Below, piece by piece: positions 9,038-16,290 of a stretch of DNA of 40,871 nucleotides. The stretch is from a virus. How positions within the stretch are numbered: the first letter of the stretch is position 1; each line of letters opens with the position of its first letter. Position numbers and translations under genes: made by a program. The DNA is taken from the IMG/VR virus record IMGVR_UViG_3300045988_025559; one strand, given 5' to 3'. The notes beneath the pieces are model-generated. The model ran no database searches and was not told the origin of the DNA. It saw nothing but the letters and a program-made list of their open reading frames with translations.

Positions 9038-9346
9038 ATGGACTACACACAGATCATCTCGGCAGTGATCGCGCTCATCAGCGCGCTCGTTTCGGCATTT
9101 CTGATCCCGTGGATCAAGACGAAGATCGACGCGGATAAGCTGCAAACGCTCCGTACCTACGTCGAGATCGGCGTAAAGGCGGCGGAGCAGCTGTACACCG
9201 CGACGGACGGCGCGGCGAAAAAGGCGTATGTTGTGAACTTCCTCGCCGAGAAGGGCATTCAATTTGATGTGGAAACGATCGACAAGCTGATCGAGGCCGC
9301 CGTGCTGCAGCTGCACCACGAGCTGTACGGGAGTGAGCGGGTATGA
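9038..9346 (+). CDS. LL-H-family-like phage holin
   Basis: AAGGAG RBS. One N-terminal TM (IISAVIALISALVSAFLIPWI) is followed by the helical ..VEIGVKAAEQL....GAAKKAYVVNFL..KGI pattern typical of that holin family. Confidence 0.7.
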   Translation: MDYTQIISAVIALISALVSAFLIPWIKTKIDADKLQTLRTYVEIGVKAAEQLYTATDGAAKKAYVVNFLAEKGIQFDVETIDKLIEAAVLQLHHELYGSERV

Positions 9347-10044
9347 GTTACGTTATGAGAGCGTCCGAGCTTGTAAAAAAGCATATCGAAGTCGCGAAGA
9401 ATTACAAGACCGTGTACATGTGGGGCTGCTTCGGATCTCCGGTCACGGATGGGATCATCACTGAGAAGGCAAAACAATACCCGGACTGGTACGACGCCGC
9501 AAAGCAGGCCAGATTCCGCGGGCTGATCGGAAAGGGCTACTTTGGCTTTGACTGCGTGAATCTCACAAAGGGGATCCTGTGGGGCTGGAACGGCAACAAA
9601 AACGCCTACCACGGCGGCGCCCGCTACGCCGGAAACGCCGTCCCGGATGTCTCCGCAGACGGTATGATTGCCAAGTGCAAGGACGTATCCGCGTCCGGCT
9701 GGGACAAGCTCGTCCCAGGAGAAGGCCTGTGGATGCCCGGGCACTGGGGCCTGTACATCGGAGACGGCCTTGCGGTCGAATGCACGCCGATCTGGTACGA
9801 CGGCGCACAGATCACCGCCGTCCAGAACATCGGCACGAAAGCAGGCTATCACGCTCGCAAGTGGCAGAAGCACGGAAAGCTCCCGTGGGTGGACTACGAC
9901 ACGGAAACCGTCGATAAGGCCGTCGAGGACGCCAAGAAGACCATCAAGGCAAAGGCCGGACTTGCGGACAACACGATCAAATATCTCGCCGACTACAAGT
10001 ACGGCGATGATCTCCTGAAAAAACTGGCTGCGGCGATGAAGTAA
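9343..10044 (+). CDS. Endolysin, NlpC/P60-like cysteine peptidase
   Basis: ATGA overlap with the holin gene. Candidate catalytic Cys in GFDCVNLTKGIL and His in PGHWGLYIGDG. Confidence 0.75.
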   Translation: MSYVMRASELVKKHIEVAKNYKTVYMWGCFGSPVTDGIITEKAKQYPDWYDAAKQARFRGLIGKGYFGFDCVNLTKGILWGWNGNKNAYHGGARYAGNAVPDVSADGMIAKCKDVSASGWDKLVPGEGLWMPGHWGLYIGDGLAVECTPIWYDGAQITAVQNIGTKAGYHARKWQKHGKLPWVDYDTETVDKAVEDAKKTIKAKAGLADNTIKYLADYKYGDDLLKKLAAAMK

Positions 10045-10075
10045 GCCCCGCCCGGCGGCGGGCCGAAGGGAGTGA

Positions 10076-10336
10076 CAGCAAATAACTGCGCGGCTGGCTC
10101 TGCCGAAGGAGCTGGAACACCTCACGCGCAGAGACTGGGAGCGCGTCACTGACGAGGGCATACTGGATCAGATCGATCAGCAGATCGTGAAGCTTTATAT
10201 CGTGGGCAGGCTCCCGCAGATGGACGCCGCCGCCGAGATCGGCGTCGACCGCAAAACCATCTCCCGCCGCCTGCCGCACATCTACAATACCGCCCGCCGT
10301 CTGGTAGGGAAAACGGACAAAGAGAAAGCGCCATGA
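10076..10336 (+). pseudogene. Start-less 86-codon ORF encoding a sigma-70 region-4 / ArpU-RinA-like HTH C-terminal half
   Basis: Open from the stop at 10073 to TGA 10334-10336. It reads ..LPKELEHLTRRDWERV..QIVKLYIVGRLPQMDAAAEIGVDRKTISRRLPHIYNTARRL. Third-position GC is high. There is no ATG/GTG/TTG with a usable RBS before codon 38. It ends in a strong terminator. Confidence 0.45.
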
Positions 10337-10359
10337 GCAACGGCTCATGGCGCTTTTTC
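10327..10359. terminator. Bidirectional rho-independent terminator between convergent genes
   Basis: Perfect 12-bp stem agcgccatgagc / gctcatggcgct with loop aacg. A T-run (ttttt) follows on the + side and an A-rich run lies on the other side. Confidence 0.85.
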
Positions 10360-10868
10360 TATGTTCCGGGATTGGCTTTCGGACGATAGTTCGGGTTATA
10401 CGATCTGCATGCGCGCTCCAGCGCGCGGAAGTCGCAGGAGATCTTACAGATGAAGCTGCTCTTTCCATTGACGACATCGTAGTATGTACGATTGGCATGA
10501 TCCAGAATGGCAAGCTTCTGACGGTTGCAATGTTCGATCTGGTTCAGGAGCAGGTTGCGATACTTCACATCCGGCTCTGCGGAAATGTCGTATTCAAGGA
10601 TCGCAGAATCAGGGACAGGGACCATGTTGTTGAAGCCGAGAAGACCGAGGCGGCCACCGTCAAGCTTCAGAATGTGCTTGCCGGGCTTTAGATTGGCATG
10701 GTTTGGCTTCGGGGATTCCATGGGGACGAAGTAACGGAAACTCCCGACAGTGAGAACAACGCCGACATAGGGGCGACGCTGGCCCTTGTTGAACGGGACA
10801 CGGAAGTCACGGGAATGGAGGAAGGAAATATAGCGCTCACTGATGTGGCAGATAAAAAGATTCTCCAA
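10359..10868 (-). CDS. toxN: ToxN/AbiQ-family type III toxin (endoribonuclease), abortive-infection type
   Basis: Peptide ..FICHISERYISFLHSRDFRVPFNKGQRRPYVGVVLTVGSFRYFVPMESPKPNH...LGLLGFNNMVPV.. matches the ToxN/AbiQ signature (KYI.YL...D..V......RPY.G......YF.PL.SPK..H ... NMIPV). TTG start with a weak GGAAAGG RBS. Repeat array and terminator lie immediately upstream. Confidence 0.85.
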   Translation of the reverse strand: MENLFICHISERYISFLHSRDFRVPFNKGQRRPYVGVVLTVGSFRYFVPMESPKPNHANLKPGKHILKLDGGRLGLLGFNNMVPVPDSAILEYDISAEPDVKYRNLLLNQIEHCNRQKLAILDHANRTYYDVVNGKSSFICKISCDFRALERACRSYNPNYRPKANPGT

Positions 10869-10885
10869 GATTCGACCTTTCCGGG

Positions 10886-10916
10886 AAAGAAAAAGCGAGA
10901 CTGCAGAAGTCTCGCT
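10886..10916 (-). terminator. Rho-independent terminator between the repeat array and the toxin gene (minus strand)
   Basis: Stem agcgagac / gtctcgct with a 7-nt loop. On the minus strand it is followed by tttttctttcc. This is the same position as the ToxI-ToxN attenuating terminator. Confidence 0.75.
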
Positions 10917-10939
10917 TTTAGTTGCCCATGATTTTTTAA

Positions 10940-11050
10940 GCCCCTACTTAACGGCAAGGGATTTCCGCTTTTTTGGCTCCCTACTTGACGGCAAGGGATT
11001 TCCGCTTTTTTAGCTCCCTATTTAACGGCAAGGGATCTCCGCTTTCATGG
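10940..11050 (-). ncRNA. toxI: Three tandem 37-nt repeats: candidate ToxI-like antitoxin RNA
   Basis: Units 10940-10976, 10977-11013 and 11014-11050 differ at 4-6 positions. Minus-strand unit: CUAAAAAAGCGGAAAUCCCUUGCCGUCAAGUAGGGAG. There are no spacers and no ORF. The array lies upstream of toxN on the same strand. Confidence 0.75.
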
Positions 11051-11159
11051 GCAGATGATGAACGGCGACGTTCAATCTCTGTAGATTCCTGAAATGGTTG
11101 TGCCGCGGATCGTGCGGTGCCAGATTTCAGGATTCTTTCGCGGATCTCTCCGCACCCCT

Positions 11160-11189
11160 AGTATAAACTCAAAAATGTGTAGAAGTCAA
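11160..11189 (-). promoter_or_regulatory. Sigma-70/SigA-type promoter driving the repeat array and toxN
   Basis: The minus strand reads TTGACT (11189-11184), an 18-nt spacer, then TATACT (11165-11160). This is about 100 nt upstream of the first repeat. Confidence 0.6.
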
Positions 11190-11334
11190 GAGGGGTACTG
11201 GGAAAATTTTTAAGAGGAAAGCATGTCCCACAAATGGTACACAGATATCCCGGAAATGTCCCCCATAAAAACCGGGGAAGCGGTAGACTGAACATAGAAA
11301 CCGGCCGGTTTACTACATTTTCGGAGGGATTTTT

Positions 11335-11832
11335 ATGGAATACGCAAGTAATGGCAAGGGCAATCTGGGTGTGACGCTTGGCGCAATCGGCACCGGTCTC
11401 GGCGCGCTGAACGGCGGTCTCGGCGGCATCCTCGGCGGATTCGGCGCGAATCCTGCTGCGGCTGCGGCTATGGCCGCGGGCGACAGCGACAACCACTTCG
11501 TCAGCCGGTATGAGGCTGGGCAGTCCGCAAGAATCGCGGAGCTGGAGACGGAAGTCAAGCTGCGCGACGCGAACGCTTACACCGACAAGAAAATTCTCGA
11601 GGTGTACCAGTACACGGACGGCAGAATGCGCTCGATCGAAGAGCAGCTTTGCCAGCAGCGCGTTATCAACGCGCAGACCACGGCGAACCTGTCCTGCATG
11701 CAGAACGAGATCGCGACTCTTTCCGGCATGACCAAGACGGTTATCCCCATTGCCAACATCTGCCCGGAACCGATGCAGCGGTATAACAGTTGGACGGCTC
11801 CGACCGGCACAGCGGCGGCTAGCGAGGGCTAA
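11335..11832 (+). CDS. Glycine-zipper / coiled-coil protein, function unknown
   Basis: GGAGGG RBS. N-terminal GNLGVTLGAIGTGLGALNGGLGGILGGFG, a central heptad-like region and conserved Cys residues. Confidence 0.7.
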   Translation: MEYASNGKGNLGVTLGAIGTGLGALNGGLGGILGGFGANPAAAAAMAAGDSDNHFVSRYEAGQSARIAELETEVKLRDANAYTDKKILEVYQYTDGRMRSIEEQLCQQRVINAQTTANLSCMQNEIATLSGMTKTVIPIANICPEPMQRYNSWTAPTGTAAASEG

Positions 11833-11881
11833 ATGCAAGGGGCGGCAATAGCCGCCCCATCCTTAAAGGAGGAAATCTGCA

Positions 11882-12223
11882 ATGACAGTGACGATAGATC
11901 AGGCCATGCGCGGAATTTTGCGCTTTTTTGATACAGTAGCATCCCCACATATGGACGAGGTGCGGTCCTTTGTGGCAGGCGTTGGGTTGTCTTTGCTGGC
12001 AGACGGCAGCAAAGAGCAACTGCTTGTACTGAGAGATAACCCGTGGGTCAAAGCAATGCAAATTATGGATGAGCACGGGGATATTGACATTGACAGGCTC
12101 TATAATAAGGCAAGACCTCGGCTCGATGGACGAAAACTCCCGATAAGGATTCCGTTTATCGGCAAACTAACTTTTGTTGCGGACGATATTGACAGTCTAT
12201 ACAAGTACATTCAGGAGGCATGA
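11882..12223 (+). CDS. Hypothetical protein
   Basis: AAAGGAGG RBS, 113 aa, high GC3. Confidence 0.65.
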   Translation: MTVTIDQAMRGILRFFDTVASPHMDEVRSFVAGVGLSLLADGSKEQLLVLRDNPWVKAMQIMDEHGDIDIDRLYNKARPRLDGRKLPIRIPFIGKLTFVADDIDSLYKYIQEA

Positions 12224-12224
12224 T

Positions 12225-12698
12225 ATGCAGGAATATATTGAAAAACTCCATAAGGAGTTGCATGAGATCATGGAACGTCCGGTGACGCTGGGGCGCGCGG
12301 AGGAAGTTATGGTGTATGCGGATACTATCTGCGCGCTGCATAAGCTAGGTGACGACCATTTTCGTGAGTCCACGAAAATGATGGAATTTACCGAGGACGA
12401 CGCAAAAGCGTGGAAGGCCCGCATGAAGAACGCCGACGGCTCGACCGGCCCGCACTGGACGATGGAACAGACGACGGCCGTGGCCGAGAGCATGGGCATT
12501 CAGGCGCCTGTGGTCCCGCGCTGGGCGTGGGGCGTAACCATGAACATGATGTACTCGGATTACTACCCCGTCGCCGTAGAGTTCGGACTCAACCGCCCGG
12601 AGTTCTACGCCGCGCTGGCAAAAGCGTTTCTGCTCGATAAAGACGGCCCGGGGCCGGAACAGAAGCTCATGGCGTATTATGAGCATATCGCAAAATAA
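12225..12698 (+). CDS. Hypothetical protein (HWTMEQT..MMYSDYY motif family seen in Clostridia prophages)
   Basis: AGGAGG RBS 8 nt upstream of ATG 12225, which lies 1 nt after the upstream stop. The track ORF 12174 start falls inside the previous gene. Confidence 0.65.
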   Translation: MQEYIEKLHKELHEIMERPVTLGRAEEVMVYADTICALHKLGDDHFRESTKMMEFTEDDAKAWKARMKNADGSTGPHWTMEQTTAVAESMGIQAPVVPRWAWGVTMNMMYSDYYPVAVEFGLNRPEFYAALAKAFLLDKDGPGPEQKLMAYYEHIAK

Positions 12699-12700
12699 AG

Positions 12701-12728
12701 AAATCCCTCCTGTCACCAGGAGGGATTT
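12701..12728. terminator. Hairpin terminator between convergent genes
   Basis: Perfect 12-bp stem aaatccctcctg / caggagggattt with loop tcac. There is a T-rich tract on the minus-strand side (ctttatttt) but only a weak U tract on the + side. Confidence 0.6.
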
Positions 12729-12793
12729 CAGCTTGCTATAGAATCTATATTTAGATGGGATTCATTCATGCGTACCGAATAAATGTATAATCA

Positions 12794-14383
12794 TCAATCC
12801 GCGAGGGGATAGAGGGTGACGTGCATGTCGCTGCCGGATTTGGTGTAGGATTTGGTCTGTTTATGGTAGAGGACCTTCTGCAGGACAGTTTTCAGGAGGG
12901 CGTTTTTCTCCTGCGGGGATGCGGCGAGCGGGTAGGTCTCGAGGACGCGGCGGACGGCGGGGGCCAGACGGGCGCGGGCCTGTCTGGCACGGGCCAGCTC
13001 ATGGATCGTGGTTTGGCTTGCCTCGATGCGGTCGACGATGACCTGCTTGTCAGCGGCGAGCGCCTGCGAGCGCTGCAGGAAGATCTCCGGCGTATAGACG
13101 CCGATCTCGACCAGCTCATACGCGCGGGCCTCCTGCGCCTCCAGCTTGGCAAGCTGCTTGCGGTCGGCGGCGATCGAGGACTCGAGCGCGGTGCGCATGG
13201 GCGTGTCATCTGGCGCAGCGGCCTCACCGAGCTCCAGCTCGCGCAGCCAGCCACGCAGAGCATCCAGCACGGCGTCCTCCACATCATCATACCACGCGCT
13301 GACGGTCGTGCAGCCGTAGGAGGGACAAAGTAGCGTATCGCGCCGGCCGCCGGAAGACGGGCGGCGCACCATCACGCGGCCGCACTGGTCGCAGCGGACG
13401 AGCCCAGCGAGGCTCGTCACGGTCCCCCATGCGCCCTTGCCGCGCGGGCTGGCGCTGGAATAGCTCAGAGCGACGGCCTTGTCGTACTGCTCCTGCGAGA
13501 TCAGGCCGTCGTGCAGCCCTTTATAAAGCTTCAGATCCTCCTGCCGGGTGCGGGGACGGCTGACGACGACAGCGCCGTCGACAATGCGCTTCGTCTCCGG
13601 TCGCCCGCCGGACTTGATCCAGCCAGCATTTGCCGGATTGCGCAGGATATCCAGCACAGAGTCCGCGCGCCAGAGGCTGCCGGAGTTGGTCGGGACGCCG
13701 AGGCTGTTCAGCCGCGTGGAGATCGCCTTCGCGCCGATGCGCGCGCAGCCATCGCCGGTGTACCAGTTGTAGATCTGCTGCAGGACGGGGGCCTGCTCCG
13801 GGTGCGGGACGAGCTTATAACCCTTGTCGTTCGGCAGCTTCTCGCGCAGCCAGCCGAAGGGTGTTTTGCCGGAGATCCACTTGCCTTCGCGTAAAGAAGC
13901 CTCCTTGCCGCGCGACAGGCGGCGCTTGATGGTGTTGTACTCGCGCCGGGACATAAAGAGGCCGAACTCAAAGTATTCCTCGTCCATCTCGTTGTTCGGG
14001 TCGTAGGTCTTGTTCGGCGTGATGATGCGGGTGTCGGAGTATTTAAAGGTCTGGGCAATAATGCCCTGGTCGATGGTGTCGCCGCGCGCCAGACGCTCGA
14101 CCTCCATGACGATGACGCCCGCATAGTTCCCGGTCTCAACGAGCTGCAGGACCTTCTGCACCTCCGGCCGGACGGCAATGGAGTCGCCGGTCACGACCTC
14201 TTCGCAGATCTCCACGACGTTCAGCCCGCGGCTTTCGGACAGCGACAAAAGCGCGGCCCGGTGCCGTTTGAGCGTGTCGGTCTGGCCGAGGGCTTCGGCC
14301 TCCATGTCCTTCCGGGACTTGCGCAGGTAAATGATGTACTGCGCGAGCGGGTCGGCGATTTTCCAGGTAGATGTAAATTTCAT
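12794..14383 (-). CDS. int: Large serine recombinase (phage integrase)
   Basis: N-terminal resolvase motif YIIYLRKSRKD..., a recombinase domain, the Zn-ribbon CDQCGRVMVRR...LLCPSYGC and a C-terminal coiled coil. Confidence 0.92.
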   Translation of the reverse strand: MKFTSTWKIADPLAQYIIYLRKSRKDMEAEALGQTDTLKRHRAALLSLSESRGLNVVEICEEVVTGDSIAVRPEVQKVLQLVETGNYAGVIVMEVERLARGDTIDQGIIAQTFKYSDTRIITPNKTYDPNNEMDEEYFEFGLFMSRREYNTIKRRLSRGKEASLREGKWISGKTPFGWLREKLPNDKGYKLVPHPEQAPVLQQIYNWYTGDGCARIGAKAISTRLNSLGVPTNSGSLWRADSVLDILRNPANAGWIKSGGRPETKRIVDGAVVVSRPRTRQEDLKLYKGLHDGLISQEQYDKAVALSYSSASPRGKGAWGTVTSLAGLVRCDQCGRVMVRRPSSGGRRDTLLCPSYGCTTVSAWYDDVEDAVLDALRGWLRELELGEAAAPDDTPMRTALESSIAADRKQLAKLEAQEARAYELVEIGVYTPEIFLQRSQALAADKQVIVDRIEASQTTIHELARARQARARLAPAVRRVLETYPLAASPQEKNALLKTVLQKVLYHKQTKSYTKSGSDMHVTLYPLAD

Positions 14384-14412
14384 AAGCAGATTCTCGCCAC
14401 TGTGGAAGGCGG

Positions 14413-14907
14413 TTATACGGGAACAAAGGATGCAAGCGCGGAGGCGCGAAGCCAGCCGATATTGGGATTACAAAGGTCGACAAGGAGCGCCAGGAGCGCG
14501 ATGAGAACGATGCACACCAGCACGCCGATCAGAATATCCTTGCGCCGCGCCTCGACGGACTTATGGCGGATGATCTGTTCCTGCTTGGAAATGATCGCGT
14601 TAGCATGCTTGAGCCGCAGCTCAAGCTCGGCGATGCGCGGCATTTTATCCGGCTGGTCCAGCAGCACGGCGCTGTCTGTGTCCATCGCGTCCGCGATCCG
14701 GTGCAGAGCGGACGAAGGGACGTCGCAGCCACGCTCATAGCGCGAGAGGCTGGCGACGGAAACGCCGGAGGCATCGGACAGCTCGTTCAGCGTCATGCCG
14801 CGAGACAAACGCTCTGAACGGATGCGATTTTCACAGGTTTCCAAGGTTTCCACGATCCTTTCCAAAAATGAGAATCCAGAAAATGCGGATTTCTCAAAAA
14901 ATCTCAT
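14413..14907 (-). CDS. XRE-family HTH protein with a C-terminal transmembrane anchor
   Basis: HTH NRIRSERLSRGMTLNELSDASGVSVASLSRYERG, a coiled region, then ILIGVLVCIVLIALLALLV. It ends 30 nt upstream of int. The start is uncertain (no clear RBS, possibly leaderless or internal). Confidence 0.7.
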   Translation of the reverse strand: MRFFEKSAFSGFSFLERIVETLETCENRIRSERLSRGMTLNELSDASGVSVASLSRYERGCDVPSSALHRIADAMDTDSAVLLDQPDKMPRIAELELRLKHANAIISKQEQIIRHKSVEARRKDILIGVLVCIVLIALLALLVDLCNPNIGWLRASALASFVPV

Positions 14908-14991
14908 AAATTCTCATAACTGGTGGTTGCTGAAAACGAAAAACAGGCATACGCTGGAAGCGCAAGGACGGCTCCCGGTCGCCTGCGCAAG

Positions 14992-15028
14992 CAAAAGCCC
15001 GCGCCGTTGTTCGGCCAGCGGCGCGGGC
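14992..15028 (-). terminator. Rho-independent terminator (minus strand)
   Basis: Perfect 10-bp GC stem gcccgcgccg / cggcgcgggc with a 12-nt loop. On the minus strand it is followed by ttttgc. Confidence 0.6.
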
Positions 15029-15137
15029 GACGCCTACCTATATCTTACAACTTTTGGGAGGCACGAACAAGAGGCAAAGATTAACAAAAAATGAACGCGG
15101 TTTTTGTGGAGAAATGGAGACGGAGATGGAAAAGACG

Positions 15138-15224
15138 ATGGAACAGATTGAAAACATTTTAGAGCGGGCCACACTGGATCAGCTGAAAATCATCCTGCGA
15201 TTCCTGCGGAACATCATAAAGTAA
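15138..15224 (+). CDS. Possible small ORF (28-36 aa), function unknown
   Basis: Reads (METEMEKT)MEQIENILERATLDQLKIILRFLRNIIK. There are GGAG motifs upstream, but spacing is ambiguous for each of the three in-frame ATGs (15114, 15126, 15138). Confidence 0.3.
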   Translation: MEQIENILERATLDQLKIILRFLRNIIK

Positions 15225-15225
15225 G

Positions 15226-15251
15226 CGCCGGAACGGGAAACCGTTCCGGCG
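15226..15251. terminator. GC hairpin downstream of convergent genes
   Basis: Perfect 11-bp stem cgccggaacgg / ccgttccggcg with GAAA loop. The U tracts are weak on both strands. Confidence 0.45.
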
Positions 15252-15257
15252 GGGAAG

Positions 15258-16130
15258 CTAGGGGTTACAATGCTCGCATGGGTCGTACCCTGCGGAGATT
15301 GCCGCGTTTCTGGACTTGAAAATTCTTTGGTTATCCTCATCCGGGAGATAGGAACATGACGATCGGTGAAATTTGTGACTCTTTTTGTTTCCAATATATT
15401 CGTTGGAGACGTACCCGGATGGGCGTTCTGGCCCGTCACCGGTGGGTTCGGATGATGAGGAGGAAGAGCTTGACACATGAGAAGATTCCGTTGATTGCGA
15501 TACATTTTCCTGAGGACGAGAGAAAGGATAAAACAGAAGAAACCCAAGGAATAGAATTACGGAGATGATGAGTATTCGGAGTCTCAATTTTTTGCCGGAT
15601 TCGACACGAGCTTTCAGCGCTGCATAATCTGATTTGGCAATCATTGCGTCATGCTTGTACAAAGCAGCTTCGCGCTTGGCAAGAGCAGCTTCTTGCTGTG
15701 CAGCTGATGCACGCGCACGAGACTCGTTGACAACGGCATCTGCAGCAGAAAGGACGTTTTGAGTGGAATCTACAACGGCAAATGCGGCAGACATTCGTTC
15801 ATCGTAAAGCCGACGGAGCGCGATGCATTGGCAATAGAATTCATAGTCCTGCAATGTCTCAATGCTTCTGCCGGAATAAGGATTGTACTTTCCACGAGAA
15901 AGCGGGTACGAAAGAGCGCCTTGAACGGAAACGATTTCACGCAGATAATCTTCTCTGCTTATTTTGCAAGATGGACGCTCAGGGGGATCTGGGAGTTTGC
16001 TAGAAGCGGAAAAACGAATGCCACGGGATGGCGTGTCAGTGGGAATCGACTGCAAACTCGTCGAGTGCGTCGTCGTACCCATTACGGTATCCTTCCTGGT
16101 AAGACTCGGCTTTTGCTTCCGCCAGATCAT
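15258..16130 (-). CDS. Single-pass membrane protein with an extracytoplasmic Ser-rich linker and a C-terminal Ada-like Cys/His metal-binding ('sunset'-type) domain
   Basis: TM ILIISVILFLGFLLFYPF, a poly-Ser stretch, then KFHRSSCSYLPDEDNQRIFKSRNAAISAGYDPCEHCNP (pattern FH..SC...N..F.S...A...GY.PC..C.P). The true start may be internal (MGTTTHS). Confidence 0.65.
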   Translation of the reverse strand: MIWRKQKPSLTRKDTVMGTTTHSTSLQSIPTDTPSRGIRFSASSKLPDPPERPSCKISREDYLREIVSVQGALSYPLSRGKYNPYSGRSIETLQDYEFYCQCIALRRLYDERMSAAFAVVDSTQNVLSAADAVVNESRARASAAQQEAALAKREAALYKHDAMIAKSDYAALKARVESGKKLRLRILIISVILFLGFLLFYPFSRPQENVSQSTESSHVSSSSSSSSEPTGDGPERPSGYVSNEYIGNKKSHKFHRSSCSYLPDEDNQRIFKSRNAAISAGYDPCEHCNP

Positions 16131-16227
16131 CGCTTGTGTACTGGCGCGGAGAACAGGACGTACAGAGAATGAGAAGAACCAAAAGCACGGCGCAGATCAC
16201 AGACATTGTTTCGGCATAAGCCCGCAT
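16036..16227 (-). CDS. Small secreted or lipoprotein-like protein
   Basis: GAGGGTGG RBS 5 nt upstream of ATG 16227. Signal-like MSVICAVLLVLLILCTSCS followed by an acidic mature part. Confidence 0.55.
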   Translation of the reverse strand: MRAYAETMSVICAVLLVLLILCTSCSPRQYTSDDLAEAKAESYQEGYRNGYDDALDEFAVDSH

Positions 16228-16250
16228 AAATACCACCCTCTACCAGAATA

Positions 16251-16290
16251 CAAAAATAAACGGAGACGGTCAAGCGTCTCCGTTTAATTT
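16251..16290. terminator. Bidirectional terminator overlapping the 3' end of the repressor gene
   Basis: Stem cggagacg / cgtctccg with loop gtcaag, T-rich on both sides (tttaattttttt on +, tttatttttg on -). Confidence 0.7.

Noticed and set aside
10047-10062. GC hairpin (cccgcc-cggc-ggcggg) just after the endolysin stop as a terminator.
   Set aside because: It has only a 6-bp stem and no U tract. The strong terminator of this transcription unit is at 10327-10359.
10940-11050. The tandem 37-nt repeats could be mistaken for a small CRISPR array.
   Set aside because: The units abut directly with no spacers, there are no cas genes, and a ToxN/AbiQ-like gene with an intervening terminator lies immediately downstream on the same strand.
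11087-11132. 9-bp inverted repeat (tcctgaaat ... atttcagga) in the leader between the toxI promoter and the repeats as a defined regulatory element.
   Set aside because: The arms are short and separated by a 28-nt spacer with no supporting conservation data. I noted it only as a possible leader hairpin or operator.
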